Assembly (NCBI GenBank): GCA_031424495.1
Contig: JANPHP010000343.1
Coordinates: 11,218-75,217, forward strand
Direction of reading: 5' to 3'
DNA: 64,000 nucleotides
Source: Bacteroidota bacterium
GTDB lineage: Bacteria > Bacteroidota > Bacteroidia > J057 > JADKCL01
This document shows, piece by piece, positions 19,739 to 28,580 of the stretch. The notes under the pieces were generated by a model. That model saw only the letters and a program-made list of their open reading frames with translations. It ran no database searches and was not told the DNA's origin. Within the stretch, counting starts at the first letter, position 1. Every line of letters begins with the position of its first letter. Made by a program: the position numbers and the translations under genes.

Positions 19739-21058
19739 GTGAATGCAAATTTGAGTATCTCTCGGCAGGTGTCGAAGGTCAGTCTTTGGCTGATCGTGGG
19801 AGTGGTGATGTGCGTCGATAGCGTCTTTGCACAATGGGCTTTTTTGGGACCACAATGGCTGCTCAACGACAGCGTGAGCGGGCATGCGATCTGCCTCAAT
19901 GACCACCGACAAGTACATGTCGCCACTGCAAGTGCAGGGGCTGTGCATGTGCAGCGGTTTGATGGCACCGATTGGCTGGACTTGGGTCCTGGCTTGCCGA
20001 TCACAGGTCAACTCGCCTGTGACTTGACCATGGACCATGAAGACGAGCCATTGCTGGTAACTGCACCGCTGCTTTCGCTCTATTCGTTTGACAATGGTCA
20101 CTGGACCTCAGAGGCGCTGCCTGTGGTGCAGGGCGCACGCGGGCCACGCATTTTGGAGTCGGTGGACGAGGTGAAGTGGCTGGCGTGGTGGCAGGCAGGC
20201 AGCGTGGACAGCACCTTTGTGATGCGCGACAGTGGATCGCTTGGCTGGCAGGTGGTCGGAGCATTTGCGGGGCGCCTCAACGATGTCGCGCTCAACGAGT
20301 CTAGCCGTCCAGTTTTGCTATTGCGCGGTGCGCCTGCGCTGCGCTATTATGCACAGGGCACATGGCGCTCGCTTCCCAATTTCTACCATGCAGACCAAGA
20401 ATACATCGCGCTGGCACCAGCACTCGATGGCTCAGGCTCGGGCGTTGCCGTTTTGCGGCGCGACAGCAGCAACGATCTCTCGGTGGAGCTGCTCAGCAAT
20501 GGCGCTTGGACCCAACTCGGCCCCAACGGATTTGCGTCGGGCGATTTGGCAGACCTCGCCCTGAGCCCCAACGGCGTTTTTCATGTGCTCAGCGAAGCCC
20601 ATGCGGTGCAAGGGCTGCCCCAAGTGTACCGTTTTGTCGCGGGCACCTGGCAATTGCTGGGTGGGCAATATGTCTACAACAATCCAGTGAGCGCACCACT
20701 GCTGGCTTTTGACATGGGTGCTGCCTTTGTCCTGTTTCAGGATGATGAGCAGGGCTTTCGCAACAGTGTGATGTACCTCGGCAATCCGGTAGCGACCGAT
20801 GGCTTGCCCGCCGCACCGCTCGTTAAACTGTATCCCAATCCAGCCATCGATATCGTGCACCTGCGGTTGTCAACAGCATCCGGCGGGGGTATTTTGCACT
20901 TGAGCGATGCTTTTGGCAGGGAGATCGAGCATTGGGATGTGGCTGGGCGATCGCAAATGGATTTGGCCGTTGGTCATCTTCCGGCCGGGCGGTATTGGTT
21001 GAGTTTGCAACATCTTCATGGCCTGCCTAGCATTGGCACATTCCTCAAAATAAACTGA
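19739..21058 (+). CDS. T9SS-secreted beta-propeller-like protein
   Basis: Repeats of (F/Y).G..W..LG. CTD LYPNPA...LPAGRYWL. Start (GTG 19739) uncertain. Confidence 0.75.
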   Translation: MNANLSISRQVSKVSLWLIVGVVMCVDSVFAQWAFLGPQWLLNDSVSGHAICLNDHRQVHVATASAGAVHVQRFDGTDWLDLGPGLPITGQLACDLTMDHEDEPLLVTAPLLSLYSFDNGHWTSEALPVVQGARGPRILESVDEVKWLAWWQAGSVDSTFVMRDSGSLGWQVVGAFAGRLNDVALNESSRPVLLLRGAPALRYYAQGTWRSLPNFYHADQEYIALAPALDGSGSGVAVLRRDSSNDLSVELLSNGAWTQLGPNGFASGDLADLALSPNGVFHVLSEAHAVQGLPQVYRFVAGTWQLLGGQYVYNNPVSAPLLAFDMGAAFVLFQDDEQGFRNSVMYLGNPVATDGLPAAPLVKLYPNPAIDIVHLRLSTASGGGILHLSDAFGREIEHWDVAGRSQMDLAVGHLPAGRYWLSLQHLHGLPSIGTFLKIN

Positions 21059-21062
21059 ATCC

Positions 21063-21692
21063 ATGCGCATCGTACTCATCTCAGATACCCACGGTCAGCA
21101 CGACGGGCTCATTTTGCCCGAAGGCGACTTGCTCATTCATGCTGGCGATTTCTCTGCCAAGGGCCGCTTGCAAGAAGTGCAAGATTTCATGCACTGGTTT
21201 GGGCGTCGGCCCCATCCGCACAAAGTCTTGATCGCTGGCAATCACGACTTCCTAGCCGAGCAAGATCCGACCTTGTTTCAGTCGCTCATTCCCGAGGGCG
21301 TCACTTACCTCAACGACAGCGGTACCGAGATCGGCGGACTCAAGATCTGGGGCTCGCCGATACAGCCTTGGTTTTATGACTGGGCATTTAACAGGCAGCG
21401 TGGCGCCGACATTCGCAAGCATTGGGACCTCATTCCGCCTGATACCGACATCTTGATCACCCATGGCCCACCGCATGGCATTCAGGACAGGACCGAGAGT
21501 GGTCTCTTGGTCGGGTGTGAGGACTTGATGGCTCGGGTTAACGAGATCCAGCCGCAGCTCCATGTATTTGGCCATATCCATGAGGCACATGGCCAGCAAA
21601 AAGTTGGAAAGACGACTTTTGTGAATGCATCGGTGCTCAATCTTCGGTACATGTTGGTTTGGGGCGCGACGGAGGTGGAGCTGGGCGTTTAG
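21063..21692 (+). CDS. Metallophosphoesterase (MPPED/239FB-like)
   Basis: ISDTH, HAGD, AGNHD, THGPP and FGHIHE motifs. Confidence 0.92.
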   Translation: MRIVLISDTHGQHDGLILPEGDLLIHAGDFSAKGRLQEVQDFMHWFGRRPHPHKVLIAGNHDFLAEQDPTLFQSLIPEGVTYLNDSGTEIGGLKIWGSPIQPWFYDWAFNRQRGADIRKHWDLIPPDTDILITHGPPHGIQDRTESGLLVGCEDLMARVNEIQPQLHVFGHIHEAHGQQKVGKTTFVNASVLNLRYMLVWGATEVELGV

Positions 21693-21718
21693 CATTTGAC
21701 TACGAACCGGTTGGCAAC

Positions 21719-21753
21719 AAAAAAGGGGAACAAATCGATTGTTCCCCTTTTTT
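21719..21753. terminator. Bidirectional intrinsic terminator
   Basis: aaaaaaggggaacaa-atcga-ttgttcccctttttt between convergent genes. Confidence 0.85.
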
Positions 21754-21783
21754 ATACCGGGCATGAGCCTGGGCTTGTGTCCC

Positions 21784-22323
21784 TTAGAGCGTCGAGCCGT
21801 ATTCGCCGCCTTTGGGCTTCAAGTCGCCGACGATGATGCGGATGAAGTCAATCAGCCACAGAATGCCAAACAAGCCGCCTGTGAAGAGCATCAAGATGCC
21901 GACACCAGTATAGCCAAGGTAGAAGCGGTGAACGCCAAGCCCACCCAAAAAGAAGCACAAGAGCAATGCAACAAGTTGGCTTTTGCCGCCGTTGGTTTCC
22001 TTGATATCGGCTTTGCGCTGCGCTTTTTCCATGCGCTTCTCCAGCATTTTGGGCGCGTGGGTCATCGTTGTTGTTGTCGCTGCTTGGCGGACGGTTTTTG
22101 CAGCTGGCGCGGCAGCGGCCTTGGGTGTTGTAGCTTCTGGGGCTACGGCAGTTGAAGGGCTGGCGAGCATTTCGTCGTTGGCGAGCATGGTCTCGTTAAC
22201 GGGGGCGCTCATGGCTGTAGCCTCTGAGCGCGGCGCGGCTGTTTCCGAGCCTTTTGCGGCCATCAACGTTGTGGCCGAGAAGGCCATGCATGCAGCGATT
22301 GCGTAAATCTTAATCATTTTCAT
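21784..22323 (-). CDS. TM2-domain protein with signal peptide and Ala/Thr-rich linker
   Basis: KSQLVALLLCFFLGGLGVHRFYLG...TGGLFGILWLIDFIRI motif. Confidence 0.9.
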   Translation of the reverse strand: MKMIKIYAIAACMAFSATTLMAAKGSETAAPRSEATAMSAPVNETMLANDEMLASPSTAVAPEATTPKAAAAPAAKTVRQAATTTTMTHAPKMLEKRMEKAQRKADIKETNGGKSQLVALLLCFFLGGLGVHRFYLGYTGVGILMLFTGGLFGILWLIDFIRIIVGDLKPKGGEYGSTL

Positions 22324-22472
22324 ACGTTTTGTGTTTAGAGTGATGAATAAAACGGAGGTGAATTTAGAAAATAGATTTTTGCCAGTAACAAAAATGCTGC
22401 CAATCATACCGCAATTTGATTAGATGCAATCAACACAGTTGATATTCAAGGCCAAAAATTGAAATACGCTTG

Positions 22473-22958
22473 TTAGGGCTTATCTCCACCGGAAGAAGCA
22501 GGCACTTCATATTGAAAAGTGTCCCGTTTGATCGTCGTGGTGGTTGTCGTCTTGGTGGTGGAATGCGAAGTCTCGTAACCTGACAACTTGCCTCGCAGGC
22601 GCTCATCGAGCACATATTTCCAGATGAGCCACGCGGCACCGCCTATGATGGCCGTGGTGATGATGAATCTGAAAAGGCGGCCAAGGAAGCTGCCGCCGCT
22701 TGCGGGGGCATTGATGGCGGGTGTATAGGCAGCCATGCCCGCCGCCACGGCCGCCGCCTTGGCGACCGCCATTTCCTTTTTCATGGACGCGCTTGCCGTC
22801 TGTTGCGTCGCGGCCTCCATTTGCAGCATCATCGACAGCATCTCCGCCAATGCAGGTTCGGCTCGCAGGCGTGCCTCGCATGCCTGCAAATCCTCTCCCG
22901 CCAATTCCCCGGCGAGGTAGGCTTCCAACAGCGCGATATCTTGTTCCTGCAATTCCAT
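22473..22958 (-). CDS. Putative anti-sigma factor, single TM
   Basis: LEAYLAGEL...EARL..EP.LA N-terminus, one TM. Directly follows the ECF sigma gene. Confidence 0.65.
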   Translation of the reverse strand: MELQEQDIALLEAYLAGELAGEDLQACEARLRAEPALAEMLSMMLQMEAATQQTASASMKKEMAVAKAAAVAAGMAAYTPAINAPASGGSFLGRLFRFIITTAIIGGAAWLIWKYVLDERLRGKLSGYETSHSTTKTTTTTTIKRDTFQYEVPASSGGDKP

Positions 22959-23513
22959 TTATGCCTTGCCTTGCTTTTCCTCCATCAATTTTTTCAAACG
23001 CAAAATGCACTTGTATTTCTGCGTTTTCACCGTGTCGGCATTGGTATAGCCGAGTTCGGATGCGATTTCGTCCATGCTCATTTTCAAGAAATAGAAGCGC
23101 TCCAAGACTTTGCGGCATGCGTCGCCGATTGTTTCGAGGCATTCGCGCAGACTTTTGAGAAGCGGCTCATTGGATTCCTCTGCCTCCTCTTGCGCGACGT
23201 CGATCGGGTTTTCAAAGTCGATGAGCTTGGTCTTGCCCTTTTCGCGCAAGCGCTTGAGCCAGATGTTGCGACACACCGAATAAATATAGGTCTTGAGCGT
23301 CGCCGTCAGTTGCAATTCGCCCAGCCGCAGCTTGCCGATCAAAACCATGAGCGCATCCTGAAAGACATCATCCGCCTCGGTCGGCGTCCCCGAATTCTGC
23401 ACAACAAGAAACCGCACCATCGGATAATGCTGCTGGTAGAGGCGGGTAAACGCCTCTTGCTTGCCTGTGCGCAAGCCTTGCAACAATTCCTGATCTGGTA
23501 GGGCGCCTTTCAT
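22959..23513 (-). CDS. ECF-type RNA polymerase sigma factor
   Basis: Region 2 ADDVFQDA...TYIYSVCRNIW and region 4 SMDEIASELGY...KTQKYKC. Confidence 0.92.
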   Translation of the reverse strand: MKGALPDQELLQGLRTGKQEAFTRLYQQHYPMVRFLVVQNSGTPTEADDVFQDALMVLIGKLRLGELQLTATLKTYIYSVCRNIWLKRLREKGKTKLIDFENPIDVAQEEAEESNEPLLKSLRECLETIGDACRKVLERFYFLKMSMDEIASELGYTNADTVKTQKYKCILRLKKLMEEKQGKA

Positions 23514-23667
23514 GTTGTGATTGGATGCCACAATTTAGGAAAAGTAACCATTGATAGGAGGATAAATTTAAGATCCTGCTGATCACAACCGCTTGCGATC
23601 GCCGCCGCGAATTCATTTAACCCATGAAGCCCCTGCATTGCCCACTGAATTCTGATAAATTTGCAGC

Positions 23668-24537
23668 ATGATATCAGCAATGGAGTTGCAACACCGGGCT
23701 TTGGACAGCTATGAGGCTGGCGATTTGGAAGGCGCGATCCAGGATTTGACCGCTGTGCTCGCACAGCTCCCCGCCAATGCGACGGCTTGGTACAACCGGG
23801 GCGTGATCTATGCCGAGGCCGGCGACCACGTCATGGCGCTGTACGACTTGGGCAAGGCGCTCGACTTGCTGCCCGACAATGCCGACTTGTACCATGCGCG
23901 TGCGCTCTCGCACCGCGCCCTCAGCGACGATGTGGCCGCACTCGCAGACATCGACCGCGCGATTTTGCTGCTACCTGATGATCCCGATTTCCATCTCTTG
24001 CGGGGCAATTGCTTGGTCAAGCTATCTGATCGGCCGGGCGCATTGGCGGCTTATGCCGAGGCGATCCGCATTTTTCCAGACTTTTTGTCGGCTTGGTACA
24101 ACCGCGCCCTCACCTTCATCGAACACAAGGATTATTATCCTGCCCTCAGGGACCTGGCCAAATGCATCGCCCTCGAGCCGCAGGCACCCGCCTACCTCGT
24201 CGATCGTGCAGGTGTGCACGCGACCCTTGGCGATTTTGCCAAAGCACTTGCCGACTATGACCTTGCCCTCGGCCTCAATCCCAGGCATCCTGAAATTCAC
24301 TTCCTGCGCGCACACATGCTCGTCAAGCTCGACCGTGTGACCGAGGCGGTCGCCGCCTACGACAAATCGATCGCACTTTACCCCGCCAAAGCCGAGGTCT
24401 ATCGGTTTAGAGGTGCTGCAAAATTGCATTTGAAGCAACGAGCGGCTGCTTATGCGGATTTTGCGAAGGCAGCCGCCATGGGTGACCATGAGGCGCAAGC
24501 CTATTTGGAACGCAATCCAGAAAACGGGTCCAATTGA
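23668..24537 (+). CDS. Tetratricopeptide-repeat protein
   Basis: About 8 34-aa repeats (AWYNRG..., A..D...A..L.P). Confidence 0.9.
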   Translation: MISAMELQHRALDSYEAGDLEGAIQDLTAVLAQLPANATAWYNRGVIYAEAGDHVMALYDLGKALDLLPDNADLYHARALSHRALSDDVAALADIDRAILLLPDDPDFHLLRGNCLVKLSDRPGALAAYAEAIRIFPDFLSAWYNRALTFIEHKDYYPALRDLAKCIALEPQAPAYLVDRAGVHATLGDFAKALADYDLALGLNPRHPEIHFLRAHMLVKLDRVTEAVAAYDKSIALYPAKAEVYRFRGAAKLHLKQRAAAYADFAKAAAMGDHEAQAYLERNPENGSN

Positions 24538-24552
24538 TTGGAGGCGTGGCTG

Positions 24553-25656
24553 TCAAGCCTCGGATTTGGGCCAAGTGAACCAGAAGGCTGCTCCATGGCC
24601 GAGCGATGACTCCACCCAGATTTTGTGGCCTGCATCCTCGACGATGCGCTTGACAATCGACAGGCCTATGCCCGGCGTGTCGTCATCGTCCTTGCTTTTG
24701 AGCGTCTGAAAAATCTCGAAAATGCGTTCGTGGTGGATGGGATCGATACCTAGGCCATTGTCAATCACCCCAAACTTGTAGTGCTGCCCCATATCTACAA
24801 AGCGCACTTCGATCTGACAATTTGCTTGGTTGTTGTGCTTGCAGGCGTTGATGAGCAGGTTGGAAAAGACTTGGTAAAGAGCAGTACGGGATGAGTGCAC
24901 CGTCGGCAAATCGGTGGGCAAATGTATCTCGCAGTGATTGGGGTTGATGAGTGTCTCCTGAATTTCCAGCAACAAGCTCCTTAGACCGATCTCTTCCTGT
25001 GACTGCCCCTCATAACCCGCCCGATGGTAACGAAAGATGCCATCGATCAGGCCCTCCATGCGCTGCACCCGGCTGTGCATGAGGCGGATGAATTTTGGCA
25101 ATTCCTGCAAGTCTCCCGCTTCAAAAGCTTCACTGATCCATGTCGCCAGGTTGCCGATGGTGCGCAAGGGTGCCTTGAGGTCGTGGGAAACGATATAGGA
25201 AAACCGTTGCAGGGCTTGGTGGGCCTCTTCCAGCTGCTGCGTGTACTCCCTGAGCGTCTGCTCCTGCTCGGTCATGTGCTCCAAGCCGATGTGGATCTCG
25301 TTGCGATCTTGCTGTATGTGGCGCAGCCGTTCAGAAGGCATGTCTTCATGGTTCATCAACCACAAAATACCCTCGACTCCCTCTTGGGCCCAGAGATCGA
25401 TGCTCAGCAAATATTCCTTGTCGTCATAAGGAAAGGCGAGCATGGGTAGGTGAATGTGGGGATCGCCAGGTTGCAATTGCAGGATGGTTTGCTCCAAGCC
25501 TTGAAACATGAAAAACAAGGACAATACCTCTTGACCCGCGTGCTGCATGAGGGGCATGATGCTGTCGCAGCTCGCCGTCAAATGACCCGTGCGGTCAATG
25601 ACCACCAATTGATGTCGGCGAGCGACAATCTCATTTTTGAGCGTGGTGATGTTCAT
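24553..25656 (-). CDS. Cytoplasmic sensor histidine kinase
   Basis: H-box SHDLKAPLR, N-box NLLINACKH, DNGLGI, IFEIFQ and GIGLSIV. No TM segment. Confidence 0.93.
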   Translation of the reverse strand: MNITTLKNEIVARRHQLVVIDRTGHLTASCDSIMPLMQHAGQEVLSLFFMFQGLEQTILQLQPGDPHIHLPMLAFPYDDKEYLLSIDLWAQEGVEGILWLMNHEDMPSERLRHIQQDRNEIHIGLEHMTEQEQTLREYTQQLEEAHQALQRFSYIVSHDLKAPLRTIGNLATWISEAFEAGDLQELPKFIRLMHSRVQRMEGLIDGIFRYHRAGYEGQSQEEIGLRSLLLEIQETLINPNHCEIHLPTDLPTVHSSRTALYQVFSNLLINACKHNNQANCQIEVRFVDMGQHYKFGVIDNGLGIDPIHHERIFEIFQTLKSKDDDDTPGIGLSIVKRIVEDAGHKIWVESSLGHGAAFWFTWPKSEA

Positions 25657-26141
25657 GATAGCATGCCTAGGCCGAGTGCAATGAATAATTCCTCGACATT
25701 TTCGCCCGTTTTTGCGCTGCTCAGATAGTCATAGTGGCCGCGAAACCGCTCCCGAAAGTCGCGCAGTTGCACCTCGTCGATGAGGTCACGCTTGTTGCCG
25801 ATGATGCGCACGGTTGCCGTCGGCAATCGCTCGACAAAGTACTGCAATTCTGCCTCGATCGCCTCCCAAGTTGCAGGCCGCGTGAGGTCAAACACGTAGA
25901 CGATGCCGTGTGCCCCCGCAAAATAAGAAGGGGGCAAGTGTTGTTGGGACTTGCCGCCCTCGATGTCCCAAAGGATCATCGTGAGGTGATGGTCACCGAT
26001 GATCACTTCTTTTTTGTCGATCTTCACCCCGATCGTCGTCTGGTATTCCTCAGAGAATTTTTGCACGACAAACCGCTTGACGAGCGAAGTCTTGCCGACG
26101 CCAAAATGGCCCAAGAGGATGACTTTCTTACTGATTTTCAT
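25653..26141 (-). CDS. Rab-like small GTPase (Ras superfamily)
   Basis: G1 GHFGVGKTS, G2 TTIGV, G3 WDIEG, G4 NKRD, G5 SAKTG. 162 aa. Confidence 0.93.
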   Translation of the reverse strand: MKISKKVILLGHFGVGKTSLVKRFVVQKFSEEYQTTIGVKIDKKEVIIGDHHLTMILWDIEGGKSQQHLPPSYFAGAHGIVYVFDLTRPATWEAIEAELQYFVERLPTATVRIIGNKRDLIDEVQLRDFRERFRGHYDYLSSAKTGENVEELFIALGLGMLS

Positions 26142-26988
26142 GGATGATGGACGCTAGGTGTACCTGCAGGGCTTTCGAATTATTGATGACCAATTCTTCC
26201 GTGATCTGATCCTTGGTTACGATCTTGTGCTGCTCTGCAAAATGCAAGAGCATGTCGGTGAGGAGCAGTTTGAATTCTGAATTGACCGAGCCCGACACCA
26301 CGACCGCAATGTAATAGGTGTGAAAATTGTTGAGCACGATCTTGTAGGAGTCATATTCGATGGTCTCCAAGGCCTGCTCTCCCTTGCTGAAGGCGTGTTC
26401 GACAAATGACTTGATGGCTGTGAGCATGCCAGCGATCATGTCGCGATCGGCGAGCTCGTTTCGCGACCATGACCCGGCGAGTAAACCGCTCGCATTGTCG
26501 ATGATGAAAACCTCCTCGACCCGTGTGCGCATCAAGTCTTGCACCATGCGGTCCTTTTCCGATTCACCCTTGAACCAACCCTTGAACCGGCGCAGCCAAG
26601 CCTGCCAGGAAAACGTTTGGTTGATCTGCTGATCGATGCGCTCGGTGAGGGCCTCGATCTCCTTGGCCACAAACTTGCGAATGAGCTTGCCGATGATCGG
26701 GTACAAGGCATCGACCATCTCGTCTTGCGACTCCGCGATCTGTCGCTTGATCGTGCTGCTGAGCACCGGTCCAAACAACTCCGGAAAATTTTCCTGCAAA
26801 TATTTGACCTTGTCCTCGATGAATGGGCTCACCCGCGCTTGGATCTCGGCGGGGGAGACGAGTTGCTGGCGCAAGCCGTCGATCTCTTCCTTGATCTGCG
26901 TAGACAACGCGCGATCATCCTCCAGCAACAATTGCTGTAGGCGTTGGAAGCGCTCTTGCGTCTTCAGATCGTGCTCAGTCTCGTTCAA
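26128..26988 (-). CDS. Helical protein with C-terminal longin/roadblock-like domain
   Basis: Coiled/helical N-terminus, then VEEVFIID..SGLL...DMIAGMLTAIKSFV..AF...IAVVVSG. Overlaps the GTPase start. Confidence 0.75.
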   Translation of the reverse strand: MNETEHDLKTQERFQRLQQLLLEDDRALSTQIKEEIDGLRQQLVSPAEIQARVSPFIEDKVKYLQENFPELFGPVLSSTIKRQIAESQDEMVDALYPIIGKLIRKFVAKEIEALTERIDQQINQTFSWQAWLRRFKGWFKGESEKDRMVQDLMRTRVEEVFIIDNASGLLAGSWSRNELADRDMIAGMLTAIKSFVEHAFSKGEQALETIEYDSYKIVLNNFHTYYIAVVVSGSVNSEFKLLLTDMLLHFAEQHKIVTKDQITEELVINNSKALQVHLASIIHENQ

Positions 26989-27006
26989 TGCGGGTTAATG
27001 ATAGGC

Positions 27007-27414
27007 TTATTCCTGCAGCGAGCGACCCAGGGCCTCCAGAGCCTGCCCGAGTTTGAAGCGGTCTGCCTTGTGGTGATCCACGCGGTCGATCTCCGATTTG
27101 AGATCCATCTCGACTTCGTCGAGCTTGTGGTTGAGCGTGCGATCCAAGTCTTTGATCACGGCGCTCAGATGATCGTCGAGGGTCGCGATCTTGTTTTCAA
27201 ACTTCTCGTCGAGTTGCGCCAGCTTCTGGGCATATTTCTCGTCGAGTTCTTTGAGGGAAAGCCGCAAGGCGGCATAGTCCTCGCCAAAGATGATGTCCTT
27301 GATCGCCTCGATCTTGGAGTTGTAGTGCGATGTGGAGACCGTTGGTTCCACGGGTGGTTGCGGCTCAGGAGCCTGCTTTTTCACCTCTTGCTTTTTTTCT
27401 TCCTGCTTTGCCAT
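27007..27414 (-). CDS. Coiled-coil protein
   Basis: IEAIKDIIFG followed by a heptad/11-mer charged helix. Confidence 0.75.
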   Translation of the reverse strand: MAKQEEKKQEVKKQAPEPQPPVEPTVSTSHYNSKIEAIKDIIFGEDYAALRLSLKELDEKYAQKLAQLDEKFENKIATLDDHLSAVIKDLDRTLNHKLDEVEMDLKSEIDRVDHHKADRFKLGQALEALGRSLQE

Positions 27415-27427
27415 CGGGTTTCGACAA

Positions 27428-28078
27428 TTAGTGGGTTTTGAGTGGAGCTTTTTGGGAAAGTATGCTCAGGGTATGCAGATCGGCGACCCCTGATGCAAAC
27501 AATTGTTCTTTGACTTGGAATGCTTTCACAGCCGCTTCGGTTTCCAGCATGTAATAGCCGTCGGTAGGGATCGCATAGGCAAGGGAGAGCAATTGCCGCT
27601 GCAGCAACAGCACGCCTGCAGTGCGGTCACCCTTGGTGAGCATGGGCGCACCATAGGTATGCATCGCAAGTGCATCATTGAGGCTGATGTCGGCAGTTTC
27701 CATGTACTTGATTTCGACGTTGGTGAGGCCCTGTGCCTTGAGGTTTTTGGATCTGCTCAGGCGATTGCCGAGCGAGTCGGTATAGGCTTTCAGGCTATTG
27801 TAGTGCAGCGTGGCGGCTTGTGAAGCGGCATCGTCGCTCGTGGGAAATCGCACGTCGAGGCCGCGCTCTTGCCACATTTCGCGAGCGAATGAACCTACGG
27901 CATAGCCCGTTGCATAATAATCCTTAATCGCTTTCTGATCATGGTAATCAGCATCGACATCCACACGAAAGCTGTATTCGTAATCTGCAGGCGGGTTCAG
28001 GCGCCTGAGTTTGTATGCCATCACAATGACAGCGATGCACAAGGCAGCAATTGCCGAGGCAAATAGTATTTTCTTCAT
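27428..28078 (-). CDS. Membrane-anchored peptidoglycan-binding-domain protein
   Basis: N-terminal TM. C-terminal LTKGD...V..LQ..L...Y....DGYY..ETEAAVKAFQ....L..SGVAD..T (PG_binding_1). Confidence 0.85.
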   Translation of the reverse strand: MKKILFASAIAALCIAVIVMAYKLRRLNPPADYEYSFRVDVDADYHDQKAIKDYYATGYAVGSFAREMWQERGLDVRFPTSDDAASQAATLHYNSLKAYTDSLGNRLSRSKNLKAQGLTNVEIKYMETADISLNDALAMHTYGAPMLTKGDRTAGVLLLQRQLLSLAYAIPTDGYYMLETEAAVKAFQVKEQLFASGVADLHTLSILSQKAPLKTH

Positions 28079-28378
28079 CGGGGTACCCAAAATTTACCAA
28101 ACACCGAGCCTTCGATTCCGACGATTTCAAGAATCGACAGGGAATTCAGCCAAAATCACGGACTAAGGTAGCGACTTCGCATCAATTTTCATGGAAATGC
28201 ACGGAAAATGTCATGCAAGCATTGCTCGTGCAGCCCTCATCGCGCCTACAAGTGGCATGTGCTGCGTGGCTTTTCCCGAGATTCGAATTGTCATAAGTGA
28301 TAAAAGAAACCTACGGCTGGGTGAGAATGCCTTAATTTGCATTCCGATTCCAATTATTCATCCCAAAATTCATGCACG

Positions 28379-28513
28379 ATGGGACTCATGGATCCGTCTG
28401 AAGACGACCAAGGATACGAGAAAAAGCCGCGGTTTTTGCAAGATTTTGCGGTTGTATTCATTTTTTTGGCTGCAGGTTTGATCTATTTGCTACTGGAGTG
28501 GCTGGTATTTTGA
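28379..28513 (+). CDS. Putative 44-aa single-pass membrane protein (below ORF-track cutoff)
   Basis: Hand translation: MGLMDPSEDDQGYEKKPRFLQDFAVVFIFLAAGLIYLLLEWLVF*. Confidence 0.5.
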   Translation: MGLMDPSEDDQGYEKKPRFLQDFAVVFIFLAAGLIYLLLEWLVF

Positions 28514-28567
28514 GGCAGAGTAGAGCATGATGATGTACAGGGATATGCAATTCTCTCGACCAAGCAT

Positions 28568-28575
28568 TATATTTG
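28568..28575 (+). promoter_or_regulatory. Bacteroidota sigmaA -7 element TATATTTG
   Basis: Exact TAnnTTTG consensus 5 nt before ATG 28581. Confidence 0.7.
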
Positions 28576-28580
28576 GGTGA

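Noticed and set aside
28200-28280. Degenerate relative of the 29298 element (cattgctc...cgcgcct)
   Set aside because: Pairing is too short and imperfect to support by eye.
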